From: Desulfomonilia bacterium | Lineage (GTDB): Bacteria > Desulfobacterota > Desulfomonilia > UBA1062 | DNA length: 64,000 nucleotides | Direction: 5' to 3' | NCBI GenBank assembly: GCA_963664325.2 | Contig: CAXXDQ010000007.1 | Span: forward strand, 160,001 to 224,000 | Part shown: positions 1-9,568 of the stretch, piece after piece | Layout of the letters: each line of letters begins with the position of its first letter | How positions within the stretch are numbered: the first letter of the stretch is position 1 | The notes under the pieces: generated by a model | What the model was told of the DNA's origin: nothing | What the model saw: the letters and a program-made list of their open reading frames with translations, nothing else | Database searches by the model: none | Program-made: the position numbers and the translations under genes

Positions 1-1
1 G

Positions 2-478
2 CTTACAGGCAACATGGGCCAGGTCATGCAGGAATCCGCGAGGATTGCCATCGGATACCTCAAGAGCAGGATTGGCGACCTCATATCCGGACACATTGAT
101 TTTTCAAAAATCGATATACATATACATGTGCCGGCAGGGGCCATATCCAAAGATGGTCCTTCCGCAGGGCTTGCAATCCTCTGCGCACTCCTTTCCTATT
201 TCCAGGCAAGACCGGCCAGGAGCGATACGGCCATAACCGGCGAAGTAACACTGTCAGGGCGCGTGCTTCCCGTAGGCGGCATAAAGGAAAAAATTCTGGC
301 CGCGGAAAGGGCCGGCATAAGCAGGGTGATACTTCCGGGGAAGAACGAAGCGGATATAATAAAATTGACCGCAGATGCGCAAGTCAATCTGGAAATCATA
401 TATGTGAACAGCTTCATCGATGCCGCGCCGTTTTTATTCAGAGAAGAGGTAAGTTCAATACCTGTTTCCGCTCAGTAA
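2..478 (+). CDS. lon: Lon protease, C-terminal proteolytic domain (partial, cut by window edge)
   Basis: HIHVPAGAISKDGPSAG (catalytic Ser), TGEVTLSGRVLPVGGIKEK (catalytic Lys). Confidence 0.95.
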   Translation, partial: LTGNMGQVMQESARIAIGYLKSRIGDLISGHIDFSKIDIHIHVPAGAISKDGPSAGLAILCALLSYFQARPARSDTAITGEVTLSGRVLPVGGIKEKILAAERAGISRVILPGKNEADIIKLTADAQVNLEIIYVNSFIDAAPFLFREEVSSIPVSAQ

Positions 479-498
479 TAATCATGGGGGACTGTGCC

Positions 499-1311
499 AT
501 GGAAAAGGCCGTAATCCTTGCACGGGGCCTCGGCACCAGAATGAGGAATGCGGACAGCGGCGCCTTAGTTAAACCCGAGCAGAATTCTGCAGCCGATACC
601 GGGATAAAGGCGATGATTCCGATCGACAGGCCGTTCCTGGATTATGTAATGAGCGCCCTGGCCGATGCCGGCTTCAAAAAGGTCTGCCTGGTAATAGGCC
701 CAGGCAGGGAATTCGACCCGTTAAGGAATTATTACGATTCCATCAAAGCCCGAAGGGTGACAATCGGTTACGCCATACAGGAAAAGCCTCAAGGGACTGC
801 GGATGCCGTTGCCGCTGCCCGGGAATTCGCGGGAGATGATGAGTTCGCGGTGATAAACTCGGATAATTATTATCCGGCCGAGGCGCTGGGCATCCTCAGG
901 AAGCTCGATTCATGCGGCACCATCGCCTTCGAACGCAATGCACTTGCCGAGCGCGGCAATATCCCAATTGAGCGTATATCGAAATATGCCCTGCTGGAAC
1001 CCGATGATGATTTTTATCTGAAGAGGATCATGGAAAAACCATCCGTGGAGTACATTTCCTCTCTTGGCGGCGACGTGTATGTAAGCATGAACTGCTGGAG
1101 ATTCTCACGGTCCATATTCGAGGCCTGCCGCTCTATAAAGCCCTCTGTAAGGGGTGAATACGAGATTGCATCCGCTGTCGAATATGCCATGAATCATCTG
1201 GGAGAAAAGTTCAGGATGATGCCTGTCAGGATGGGCGTTCTCGACATGACGGGGCGGTCCGACATAAAGTCGGTTGATTCCATCTTAAGGGGCAGGGAAG
1301 TAAATCTTTAA
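499..1311 (+). CDS. Sugar-phosphate nucleotidyltransferase (glucose-1-phosphate thymidylyltransferase-like)
   Basis: KAVILARGLGTRM, QEKPQGTADAV, INSDN, EKP, PSVRGEYEI motifs; start chosen at ATG 499 after GGGGG. Confidence 0.85.
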   Translation: MEKAVILARGLGTRMRNADSGALVKPEQNSAADTGIKAMIPIDRPFLDYVMSALADAGFKKVCLVIGPGREFDPLRNYYDSIKARRVTIGYAIQEKPQGTADAVAAAREFAGDDEFAVINSDNYYPAEALGILRKLDSCGTIAFERNALAERGNIPIERISKYALLEPDDDFYLKRIMEKPSVEYISSLGGDVYVSMNCWRFSRSIFEACRSIKPSVRGEYEIASAVEYAMNHLGEKFRMMPVRMGVLDMTGRSDIKSVDSILRGREVNL

Positions 1312-1369
1312 ATCAAATCATAAGTCTTTTTACTTATATAATCTTTTTAAAGATTTTGATTGACTGCTT

Positions 1370-2908
1370 TTAACTGTTTTTCTCTTTGTCTCTTATAAAA
1401 AGGATTTCGTAAAGTTTCATGATGCCGAACCAGAGCATCAGGAACGGTTCAAACCTCGTGCCGGAATCTATTCCGCTCTTTTTCATGCTGTTTGAGAGGG
1501 CCTGCATCCTGGGCTTGAAACGTTCGTAATTTCTGTTTTGTTTTTGTGTCCAGCAGACCTCCGCATGGGCAAACATTCTCGGGAAGGCCCTTTTGAAAAG
1601 CCTTTCCGGCGTTATCCATTCCCCCCACAGGTTGGCCTCGGTCCCCAGGATGTGGCCTGTAAGATTATCCGGGAGATCATGGGGGACGGGCTCGAATGAA
1701 TACACCTTCTCAATAGGCGTGATGATATGGGGGTAATCATAGTAGCAATGCGTTGTGGGTGACACAACCGTATCATGCCCCATCCCGGCGGCGATGGCCG
1801 CGAACTTGTGGTTTCTCCATGCCTGGATAACTGCTCCTTCAGGCATGAAGCGCGTCGCTTCATCCCAGGCGATCATCTTTCTGTCGTGCTTTTTCAGGAT
1901 ATCATTCACGCGCATGACGAAACGGGCATGAAGGCCTGTTTTGTCTTTTATCCCCGACTTTTGCATAAGGCCGATGCATGCATCATGGCTGAGCCAGTCG
2001 CCTGCAAGGACCTCATCGGAGCCGATGTGAATGTAAGGAAACGGGAACAGGTCCGCAACCTCAGCGATGAGCCTGTCGATGAAATCATATACCGCTTCGT
2101 TCGAAACGCAGAGGGCCGAGGGGAAAATACCCGGCCGCTGCCTTATCTGAACAGGTTTTCCCGTACAGGACAATTCCGGGTAGGCTGCGAGCAGGGCGGA
2201 CGTATGGCCCGGCATGTCGATTTCCGGCAGGACCATGACATTGCGGGCTTCTGCATAGGTGATGATCTCGCGGATCTGCTCCCGGGTATAGTATCCCCTT
2301 TCGCCCCCGATCTGGTGCAGTTTCGGAAAGGCCCTGCTCTCGATGCGCCAGCCCTGGTCGTCTACAAGGTGCCAGTGCAGGATGTTGAGTTTGAGTTCCG
2401 AGATGCAATCGATATACCGTTTGACCGTGCCGACCGGCAGGAAATTCCGTGCAGGGTCGATCAGCGTCCCGCGCCATGAAAAACGCGGGCTATCTTCGAT
2501 ATCCGCCTTTGGGACAATGACCGAGTTTCCATTTTGAGAAAAAAGCTGGAGCAGCGTCATAAAGGCATTGTGAAGGCCTTGATGCGTATTTGTCCGGATG
2601 CGGATTATCTCTCCAACCGATAATTCGTATGCCTCGTCCGGGTTTGAGTTTCCTGAAATCGGCTCAAGGCCGCCTGAACGTTCAACAAAAATTGAACAGC
2701 CGGCCTCACTCTCATTGGGCGTTAAAAATGTCTCTGCATCAATACCGAAGCGCTGCCTCAATTTTTCTTCAAAAACAGATGCCCTGGTTTTCCAGGCATC
2801 ATCTGCTTCTTCCGGCAAAGATATCCTGATAATGCCCTTGAAGCTCAGGTGTCCTTCCTTCACAGCAATTTTTTCAGGCCAGGGTATAAGATTTATTTGG
2901 TTATTCAT
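1370..2908 (-). CDS. Beta-N-acetylhexosaminidase, GH20
   Basis: PRFSWRGTLIDPARNF, HWHLVDDQGWR, PEIDMPGH, HIGSDE catalytic pair, LWGE; no signal peptide. Confidence 0.93.
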   Translation of the reverse strand: MNNQINLIPWPEKIAVKEGHLSFKGIIRISLPEEADDAWKTRASVFEEKLRQRFGIDAETFLTPNESEAGCSIFVERSGGLEPISGNSNPDEAYELSVGEIIRIRTNTHQGLHNAFMTLLQLFSQNGNSVIVPKADIEDSPRFSWRGTLIDPARNFLPVGTVKRYIDCISELKLNILHWHLVDDQGWRIESRAFPKLHQIGGERGYYTREQIREIITYAEARNVMVLPEIDMPGHTSALLAAYPELSCTGKPVQIRQRPGIFPSALCVSNEAVYDFIDRLIAEVADLFPFPYIHIGSDEVLAGDWLSHDACIGLMQKSGIKDKTGLHARFVMRVNDILKKHDRKMIAWDEATRFMPEGAVIQAWRNHKFAAIAAGMGHDTVVSPTTHCYYDYPHIITPIEKVYSFEPVPHDLPDNLTGHILGTEANLWGEWITPERLFKRAFPRMFAHAEVCWTQKQNRNYERFKPRMQALSNSMKKSGIDSGTRFEPFLMLWFGIMKLYEILFIRDKEKNS

Positions 2909-3374
2909 TGTATCCTCTCTTTATATGAAGACATACTGCTGTATGGCTAATTACCAGCCTTTCTAATGCTGTGCACATCAGGTCTGGGATTCCTGTGACC
3001 AGGTGGCTTAAGCAATTGGAAGGCTTACCGATGATTGTTGCACTCCCCCACCATATAAGAGGAAAAGGAGAATCATCCAAGCCTGATTCTGTGACCGGCT
3101 CCCATATCGGATTGTAAAAATGATTGTAAGCCCTGTTACCAAGGTCTTCGTTTGTGCTGCCGTCTTGGATTAACCTTGCTATATCTATTCCATTAATTGT
3201 ATTTTCCAATCCTTTTTGAATATCAAGCATATTTTTTAAATAATTATTTAATACAGATTTCTGAACAGAAACCTCTGTCAAATCCCTATGAGTTTCTTTA
3301 TCATTATATGTAAAAGCAGTTATTGGATATGATACCACGATTAGAAGAATTACAAAGAAACGTATTATTCTCAT
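2901..3374 (-). pseudogene. Probably truncated secreted protein; N-terminus resembles Zn-dependent phospholipase C/P1-nuclease-like proteins
   Basis: AGGAG RBS, signal peptide, then THRDLT...GSTNED...RAYNHFYNP; after ~codon 115 the sequence looks non-coding and runs into the GH20 start; AT-rich. Confidence 0.4.
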
Positions 3375-3384
3375 GATACTTCTC

Positions 3385-3981
3385 CTATTTAATCTTTGAA
3401 GGGTATTTTTTTTCAAGCTCCTGCATAATACCTAGCCCTTCAGATTCAAACGCTTTGATAAATAAAGGTGTTTCAGAAATGGAGTAGTCTCCATTGGTAA
3501 CATTACGTTTGAAAGCTGCATGTTCTTTAAATGAAAAACCTTCAGGCCATTTTTTAAGCCTGACTGTTCTGTTGTCTTTGTCAAAATCAGTCCGGTTTTT
3601 CCATTTCCATTTCGGTTCGAATATCTTTTTCTGATCCCAGCAGACATATCCGAATTTATAGACCGTAAGCCGGGGATACCTGTCAGGGCCAAGATGCCAG
3701 TCCCAGAAATCCTTGATAAAGATTTTACCTTCCTTGTCGGAAACCGTTTCTTCAATCCTCAATGCGCCCCAGCACCCGCCTTCAAGGCCCTGTATAAGAG
3801 TGCAGTCTTTTTTTGGTCCTCTCCAGATCGCTATGGCAACTGCCCCTTCAATGGGTTCACCAGTTTCATCATCGATGATAATCGCATCAGGTTTGGGAGA
3901 TCTGTCCATGCCGGAAACCGCGACCGGAAAAATTACAAGTATAACCGGGATTATTATCAATATAATGAAATTATTTTTCAT
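3385..3981 (-). CDS. Secreted hypothetical protein with carboxypeptidase-regulatory-like (prealbumin-fold) N-terminal domain
   Basis: Signal peptide; IIDDETGEPIEGAVAIAIW...ETVSDKEGK...VYKFGY pattern. Confidence 0.6.
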   Translation of the reverse strand: MKNNFIILIIIPVILVIFPVAVSGMDRSPKPDAIIIDDETGEPIEGAVAIAIWRGPKKDCTLIQGLEGGCWGALRIEETVSDKEGKIFIKDFWDWHLGPDRYPRLTVYKFGYVCWDQKKIFEPKWKWKNRTDFDKDNRTVRLKKWPEGFSFKEHAAFKRNVTNGDYSISETPLFIKAFESEGLGIMQELEKKYPSKIK

Positions 3982-4017
3982 CCATATTAACCGGCAGTAA
4001 AAAAACCGGGACCATGC

Positions 4018-5322
4018 CTATATAAGATACTCGCGTTCACTCGATATGATCTCCGCCACCTTTATTGCAGATGAAAAGCTGATATCGCCCGAGCACCCGT
4101 CTCCTTTTACCGTGTCTCCCGCGAAATAAAGCCCCTTGACCGTATCGCACACAATCCAGGGCCTGTTTGGTTTTGACTGCCTGGGCGTGAGCACGTTGCC
4201 GTTCATAATATTTGCGACGACCTTTCTCTCCTTGACGACATTCGGAAGGAAACCGGGAAGGATTTTTGAAATAGTATCCTTCATTTTCTTTTCGGTTTTT
4301 TCAATGGCAGCAGGATCGCCGTCAAATTTCCACGGCAGCATTATTCCCCAGGTCGAGAGGTACTTGTCCCTGGGCGCATAGGAGGGATCGGAGTTCGACT
4401 GAAATTTCGCCCATATCGGGATATCAACGCCCAGGATGCTGCCTTTAATGTCGCTTACCGGGCCCTGCGTAATGAAATCAATTGTTAGGCCTGAGCTGTT
4501 TTCCAGATTGTTGATATATGAAACAAGACTGGTGGAAAGCAGGCTCCTGTCCAGCAGTTCCAGAACAAGAGGCAGCCTGGCTGCGAAAACAACCCTCTTT
4601 GCCTCGTATTTCCCGTTCTTTGTCGTAACCCCCTTGACCTGCTTGTTTTCAATAATGAGGGATGTGACTTTTTCCCCGAGCCTCACTTCGCCCAGTTTGT
4701 CTATATGCTTTTTCAATTTTCTGAACAGCTGCCCGGACCCGCCTGCGGGTTCCCCGACACCGACACCTGCCGTAAGCACCCTTTGAAGAAAGTCTATCAC
4801 CTCTCCGGCGCTGACCTTTGTCGCGTCAGGGCACATGACGGTCATGCCGAAAAACGAGATAAACCTTTCGACTTCCCTGTTATTGAACCATGTACGGTAG
4901 AATTCAAGCAGGGTCCGGTTATACCAGTCATGATGGTTCGCCTTTTTCAGTTTTATTAAAAAGTTCAGAAGCGTGAATCTGGCCTTTAATGACAACATTG
5001 GGGTCGTGAAGAATCCGACCGGACCCTGCGGCCTTTCCCAGAGCCTGCCTTTGAAAATAAGTTTGGAATCTCCCGATTCCGGAATGAATTCTATCTCCTC
5101 ACCGAGCTTTTTAAACACCTGATTAGCAATGCCTTTGTGTGCAAGCCTGTGCGAGTGGGCGCCATATTCCCAGGTGTAGCCTTCACTGTCCCTGAAAGCC
5201 GCGGCCCTGCCTCCCACAAGTGCCGAACCGTCAAGGACAAGGACTTTCTTACCGTATTTGGTAAGCAGTGCCGCTGTACTCATGCCGCCGTAGCCGGCAC
5301 CGACAACAATGACATCAGGCAT
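4018..5322 (-). CDS. FAD-dependent oxidoreductase, phytoene dehydrogenase-like
   Basis: VVGAGYGG dinucleotide fold, VGGRA, EYGAH, GLYFAGD. Confidence 0.85.
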   Translation of the reverse strand: MPDVIVVGAGYGGMSTAALLTKYGKKVLVLDGSALVGGRAAAFRDSEGYTWEYGAHSHRLAHKGIANQVFKKLGEEIEFIPESGDSKLIFKGRLWERPQGPVGFFTTPMLSLKARFTLLNFLIKLKKANHHDWYNRTLLEFYRTWFNNREVERFISFFGMTVMCPDATKVSAGEVIDFLQRVLTAGVGVGEPAGGSGQLFRKLKKHIDKLGEVRLGEKVTSLIIENKQVKGVTTKNGKYEAKRVVFAARLPLVLELLDRSLLSTSLVSYINNLENSSGLTIDFITQGPVSDIKGSILGVDIPIWAKFQSNSDPSYAPRDKYLSTWGIMLPWKFDGDPAAIEKTEKKMKDTISKILPGFLPNVVKERKVVANIMNGNVLTPRQSKPNRPWIVCDTVKGLYFAGDTVKGDGCSGDISFSSAIKVAEIISSEREYLI

Positions 5323-5529
5323 AATTCATTCCTCCATGATAATAGATAATATCATTATTCCATGAGAAGCAATCTGAATATTGCCAGTTAAAAAAACTGA
5401 TGAAAGACTGCAGAATTAAAAACAGTTATCCGAGACAGAAAACAGGATGCACTGTGAAGGTCCCGGGATTATCTGATAGACTGCGCTAGCAGGCATTGAA
5501 AGATATCCGGGCCTGATCTTTGAGATAAA

Positions 5530-5574
5530 AACGGGGTCATGTCTCAAGAAAAGAAACAAGATCATGGCCCCGTT
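5530..5574. repeat. Inverted repeat (REP-like / terminator after thiolase)
   Basis: AACGGGGTCATG (5530-5541) pairs with CATGGCCCCGTT (5563-5574); A-tracts on both sides. Confidence 0.6.
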
Positions 5575-5584
5575 GTAAAAACTA

Positions 5585-6841
5585 TCAGATTATTTCTATC
5601 GCCGTGGCCATTCCCACGCCGCCGCCGCCGCATATGGTGGCAAGGCCCAGGGTTTTGTTCCGTTTCCTGAGTGCGTACATGAGGGTCAGTATTATCCGGC
5701 ATCCTGTCGAGCCGACCGGATGGCCAAGACCAATACCCGAACCGTTGACATTCGCAATGTCCCTCTTGAAGCCGAGGTCCCTCTCGCAGCCTATATACTG
5801 GGCAGCAAACGCCTCGTTGACTTCGATCAGATCGAAACTGTCAATGCTCAGCTTGGCATCTTTCTTCAGGAGATTCTTGACTGCAGGGGTAGGGCTCAGG
5901 CCCATTACTGAAGGATGGCATCCGCCGCGGCCGACCGAGCGTATTCTTGCCAGAGGCTTGATGCCGAGCTCCTTGGCCTTGTCTGCGCTCATGATGACCA
6001 TCGCCGAGGCGCCGTCATTAATTCCCGACGAATTGCCGGCAGTCACTTTGCCGGTTTTGGGAATGAATGCGGGCGGAAGGTCAGCAAGTTCCTGCATCGT
6101 GAGTCCCGGCCTGAAATGCTCGTCCTTGTCGAATATCACGGGCGGCTTGCCTTTCTTCTTGTTCGGGATCTCGACAGGGACGATCTCTTCGGCAAAGTCA
6201 CCCTCTTTGTTTGCCCTCTCCGCGCCGTTATGGCTTTTGAGTGCGACTTCATCCATTTCTTCGCGGCTTATGTTGTAAAGAGATGCGATGAATTCGGCTG
6301 TCTGGCCCATTATGTAGGGTTTTCCCTTGAACATGTCGAAGAGCGGACTTGCCTTTACAGGGCTGTCATCGGAAAGAGGCTGGACATATGAACCGCAATG
6401 GAGTCCCCTTATGATGCAGTCAACCAGAACCTTATCCTGCAGCCTGCATCCCCAGCGGGCCTCAAGGGATGAGTAGGGTACGCCGGACATGTGCTCCATA
6501 CCGCCGACAAGCACTATGTCAGCCATGCCGGCCTGTATCATGGCCATTCCGCTGGCAGTCGCTTCCATTCCGGAAGGGCACACCCTGTTGATTGTGACTG
6601 CCGGTACGGTAACCGGAATACCGGCCAGAAGCGCTGCGGTCCTTGTTACATTAAGGGTGTTCACATGCTCCATGCAGCATCCGAAACGAACGTCATCAAT
6701 AGTCGAGGGATCAATTCCCGCCCGTTTTACCGCCTCTTTCATCACGGTTGCCCCGAGGTTCGCAAGTATCACATCTCTTAGCGTTCCGCCGAATGTGCCG
6801 ATAGCGGTTCTGCATGCCGAAACAATAACTACATCTTTCAT
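5585..6841 (-). CDS. Acetyl-CoA C-acetyltransferase (thiolase)
   Basis: INRVCPSG, NEAFAAQ, GHPVGSTG, TICGGGG motifs. Confidence 0.97.
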   Translation of the reverse strand: MKDVVIVSACRTAIGTFGGTLRDVILANLGATVMKEAVKRAGIDPSTIDDVRFGCCMEHVNTLNVTRTAALLAGIPVTVPAVTINRVCPSGMEATASGMAMIQAGMADIVLVGGMEHMSGVPYSSLEARWGCRLQDKVLVDCIIRGLHCGSYVQPLSDDSPVKASPLFDMFKGKPYIMGQTAEFIASLYNISREEMDEVALKSHNGAERANKEGDFAEEIVPVEIPNKKKGKPPVIFDKDEHFRPGLTMQELADLPPAFIPKTGKVTAGNSSGINDGASAMVIMSADKAKELGIKPLARIRSVGRGGCHPSVMGLSPTPAVKNLLKKDAKLSIDSFDLIEVNEAFAAQYIGCERDLGFKRDIANVNGSGIGLGHPVGSTGCRIILTLMYALRKRNKTLGLATICGGGGVGMATAIEII

Positions 6842-6904
6842 GAAATCTCCTTTCTTCCCATCTGTGTTTTATAGGTTGAGGTCGGCGCGAGCCTCCTCAA
6901 GATC

Positions 6905-6926
6905 AAAATGAATTGATATTCATTTT
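6905..6926. promoter_or_regulatory. Palindromic operator upstream of thiolase (TetR/FadR-type candidate)
   Basis: Perfect inverted repeat AAAATGAAT-TGAT-ATTCATTTT about 65-85 bp upstream of the start. Confidence 0.6.
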
Positions 6927-7185
6927 AAAACTTATAGCTTAAATGGTTTTATGGGTAAAGCAATATTTAACCGGTGACAACCCGTTGTCATCTCCATAAG
7001 GCCAGCAAGGGAGCAAGCATAGAGACTGAGTTGAACGTCAGGCTATCCTTTATTAAAAGGTCTTCGACATTTTGAACCGGGCCGGGGAAGGGAGCGGAAA
7101 TTCAATTCACATGAAGAGCATGATAACAAGTTTAATACATTATCTCGGGTTTATCATATCCGTCATGTTTTCCCGCATTGCCTGT

Positions 7186-7272
7186 CTACATATTTATAAG
7201 AAGGAAACCATATTTAAAGGAAACTTCCACGATAAGCTTTGCATACGATCTGAAGTTTATCTTGTTCAACAT
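7186..7272 (-). CDS. Candidate 28-aa small protein MLNKINFRSYAKLIVEVSFKYGFLLINM
   Basis: AAAGGAG Shine-Dalgarno 6 nt before ATG in an otherwise unexplained 630-bp intergenic region. Confidence 0.35.
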   Translation of the reverse strand: MLNKINFRSYAKLIVEVSFKYGFLLINM

Positions 7273-7474
7273 GTTTTACTCCTTTGCCTGTCTGCAGATT
7301 CATGAGCTGGAAATTATTTTTCAAGGAGATTCCTTACCCGCTCTAATATTAATATCGGAATAAAGGCGATTTAGTTTACACTAATAGTTGATATTATCTT
7401 AAAATACAGGCATATCCGGCCGGCAGCATGAACTGCCGGGCGGCTTTTGAGGGGATTACAACAACTGGACTGCC

Positions 7475-9547
7475 TTAATGGACAGGTGAATACATGTTTT
7501 CAATGTCGTTCTTGTACTTTTCATAGACGACACGCCGTTTAACCTTCATTGTCGGGGTCAGTTCGCCTGTTGTCACGTCAAAAGGCTTTTCAAGAATATT
7601 GAAAGTCCTGATCTGTTCGAATCTTGCAAGTTTTGAATTAACGAAATCGATTTCTTTCTGTATCAGCGAAATGATTTCAGGCAGAACTACAAGCTCCGAA
7701 ATGGAATTATATGAAAGGTTCTTGCTTTTCGCGTATTTTTCCAGCTCGTGATAATCAGGAATTATAAGCGCGGAAATAAACTTTCTGTTATCCCCGACGA
7801 GGCAGACCTGCTCGATATAGGGTCTGGCTATGAGAGACACCTCGATCGGGTGAGGGGCAATATTTTTTCCCCCCGTTGTCACGAAGAGCTCTTTCTTCCT
7901 GTCAGTGATCTCAAGGAATCCGTCCGGGTCGAACCTGCCGATATCTCCCGTCTTAAACCATCCGTCATCCGTGAATACCGCTTCAGTCTCTTCAGGCATG
8001 CGCCAGTAGCCCTTGAATATCTGGGGTCCCCTGACAAGGATCTCTCCGTCATCCGCGATCTTTTCTTCCGTATTGACCACGGTCCTGCCGACAGTACCCG
8101 GCTTGACCCTCATCTTGCATACCAGCGTCAGATAGGTAAGCGTGAGCTTCGGCATCAGTGAAATCCTGCCGTACGGTGAGATACCCTGTGACTGGTACAC
8201 GACCATAAGTTCCGTCAGCATACCGACCAGTTTTTTTCTTAGTAATTTCCCCATGGGTGTGGCGGGAGGTTCATCCATGAAGGCAGGCTCGTTGAAGTTT
8301 ATGACCGGGCTTGTTTCTGTCAGGCCGTAGCCTTCATTGAGCTGTATTCCCAGGGAACGGAAGAATGTGCAGACCTCCTTCGACAGTTTGCCGCCGCCCG
8401 AGAGCGCCATCACCAGCCGGTCAAGGCCCATCAGCTCGCGAATTTTATTGAAGACGAGCTTGTTTGACTGAGAGAAGGCGACCATCTGGAAGATGTTCAT
8501 CTTCTTTCCCGTAACCATGCTGTCGCAGTAGAGCTCCCCGCATTTAAGGGCCCAGTCGAACATCAAGCGATAGGGTTTCTTCTGTTTCGCGGCTGCAGAC
8601 CTGACCCTTTCAAAAGATTTTTCAAAAAACATCGGAATAGAGGTTATGACATTCGGCCTTACATCAAGAAGGTCTTCCTGCAGGGTTTTATAGTCCCTGG
8701 CAAAGGTCAGGACGCCGCCAAGGTATAATCCTGAGACATGGTAGTCGCTTGTTCTGGCGTATGAATGGCACAGCGGAAGGTGGACCAGGGATACAAGGTG
8801 CAGTTCCAGCTCCTTCTGGGCCTGCATCATCTCGGAATTCGTGCACTGGTATATATTGGAAACCCAGTTGTCCTGGGTCAGGATGACTCCTTTCGACCGG
8901 CCTGTCGTGCCTGAAGTATATATTATGGATGCTATATCGCCTGGGACGACCCGCTGGATGCTTTCTTCAATCTCTCCGATATCTATTTTATCGCCCAGTG
9001 CGAACACCTCGGCAAATGTATACGAATTGCGCGGCCTTTCTCCGTCCGCGGGTGTCATAAGTATTACAGGCATCTCCCTGTAGGTTCTGCATACGGCATT
9101 GATCTTTTCGAGCTTGTCACGGGTTGAAACAACGGCAAGGCAGGGTTCGCAGTTGTTTATCATATGTTCAAGTTCGTCCATTGAAACGGTCGGGTAGAAA
9201 GGGACCCCGACTGCACCGCATGCCTGGATTGCCTGGTCGGCAATAACCCAGCGGGGCCTGCTCTCTGAAAAGATTACGGCCCTGTCACCCTTATTCAAGC
9301 CCAAGGCCCTTAGTCCCCTGGCAAGTGCCAGGACTTCATTCCTGGCTCCTTCCCAGGTAATTGACGAGTAGGTGTCGGAAGGGTTGCCGTCGGCGTCGAA
9401 TTTACCCCTCAGAAAAACATGCCTATTGCCATAATGCAGTGCCTGGGAATGAAACAATCCGCAAAGAGTATCGTTTCTGTAAGACAATGACGGCCTCCTC
9501 GTTTCGATTATTATTTTAGCATCAGCTTTTTCTGTTCTCTCAGCCAT
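7475..9547 (-). CDS. Long-chain fatty acid--CoA ligase (AMP-binding)
   Basis: IIYTSGTTGRSKG, EGYGLTETSP, GWFKTGDIG, ITDRKKE, ELTPTMKVKR. Confidence 0.93.
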   Translation of the reverse strand: MAERTEKADAKIIIETRRPSLSYRNDTLCGLFHSQALHYGNRHVFLRGKFDADGNPSDTYSSITWEGARNEVLALARGLRALGLNKGDRAVIFSESRPRWVIADQAIQACGAVGVPFYPTVSMDELEHMINNCEPCLAVVSTRDKLEKINAVCRTYREMPVILMTPADGERPRNSYTFAEVFALGDKIDIGEIEESIQRVVPGDIASIIYTSGTTGRSKGVILTQDNWVSNIYQCTNSEMMQAQKELELHLVSLVHLPLCHSYARTSDYHVSGLYLGGVLTFARDYKTLQEDLLDVRPNVITSIPMFFEKSFERVRSAAAKQKKPYRLMFDWALKCGELYCDSMVTGKKMNIFQMVAFSQSNKLVFNKIRELMGLDRLVMALSGGGKLSKEVCTFFRSLGIQLNEGYGLTETSPVINFNEPAFMDEPPATPMGKLLRKKLVGMLTELMVVYQSQGISPYGRISLMPKLTLTYLTLVCKMRVKPGTVGRTVVNTEEKIADDGEILVRGPQIFKGYWRMPEETEAVFTDDGWFKTGDIGRFDPDGFLEITDRKKELFVTTGGKNIAPHPIEVSLIARPYIEQVCLVGDNRKFISALIIPDYHELEKYAKSKNLSYNSISELVVLPEIISLIQKEIDFVNSKLARFEQIRTFNILEKPFDVTTGELTPTMKVKRRVVYEKYKNDIENMYSPVH

Positions 9548-9568
9548 CCCGGAAAAGGGTTGTTGTCC

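Noticed and set aside
5604-6278. Long antisense ORFs (also 1775-2479, 51519-52175, 59772-60332, 62967-63662 and many shorter)
   Set aside because: They lie opposite well-supported genes and have no motifs; codon-bias shadows.
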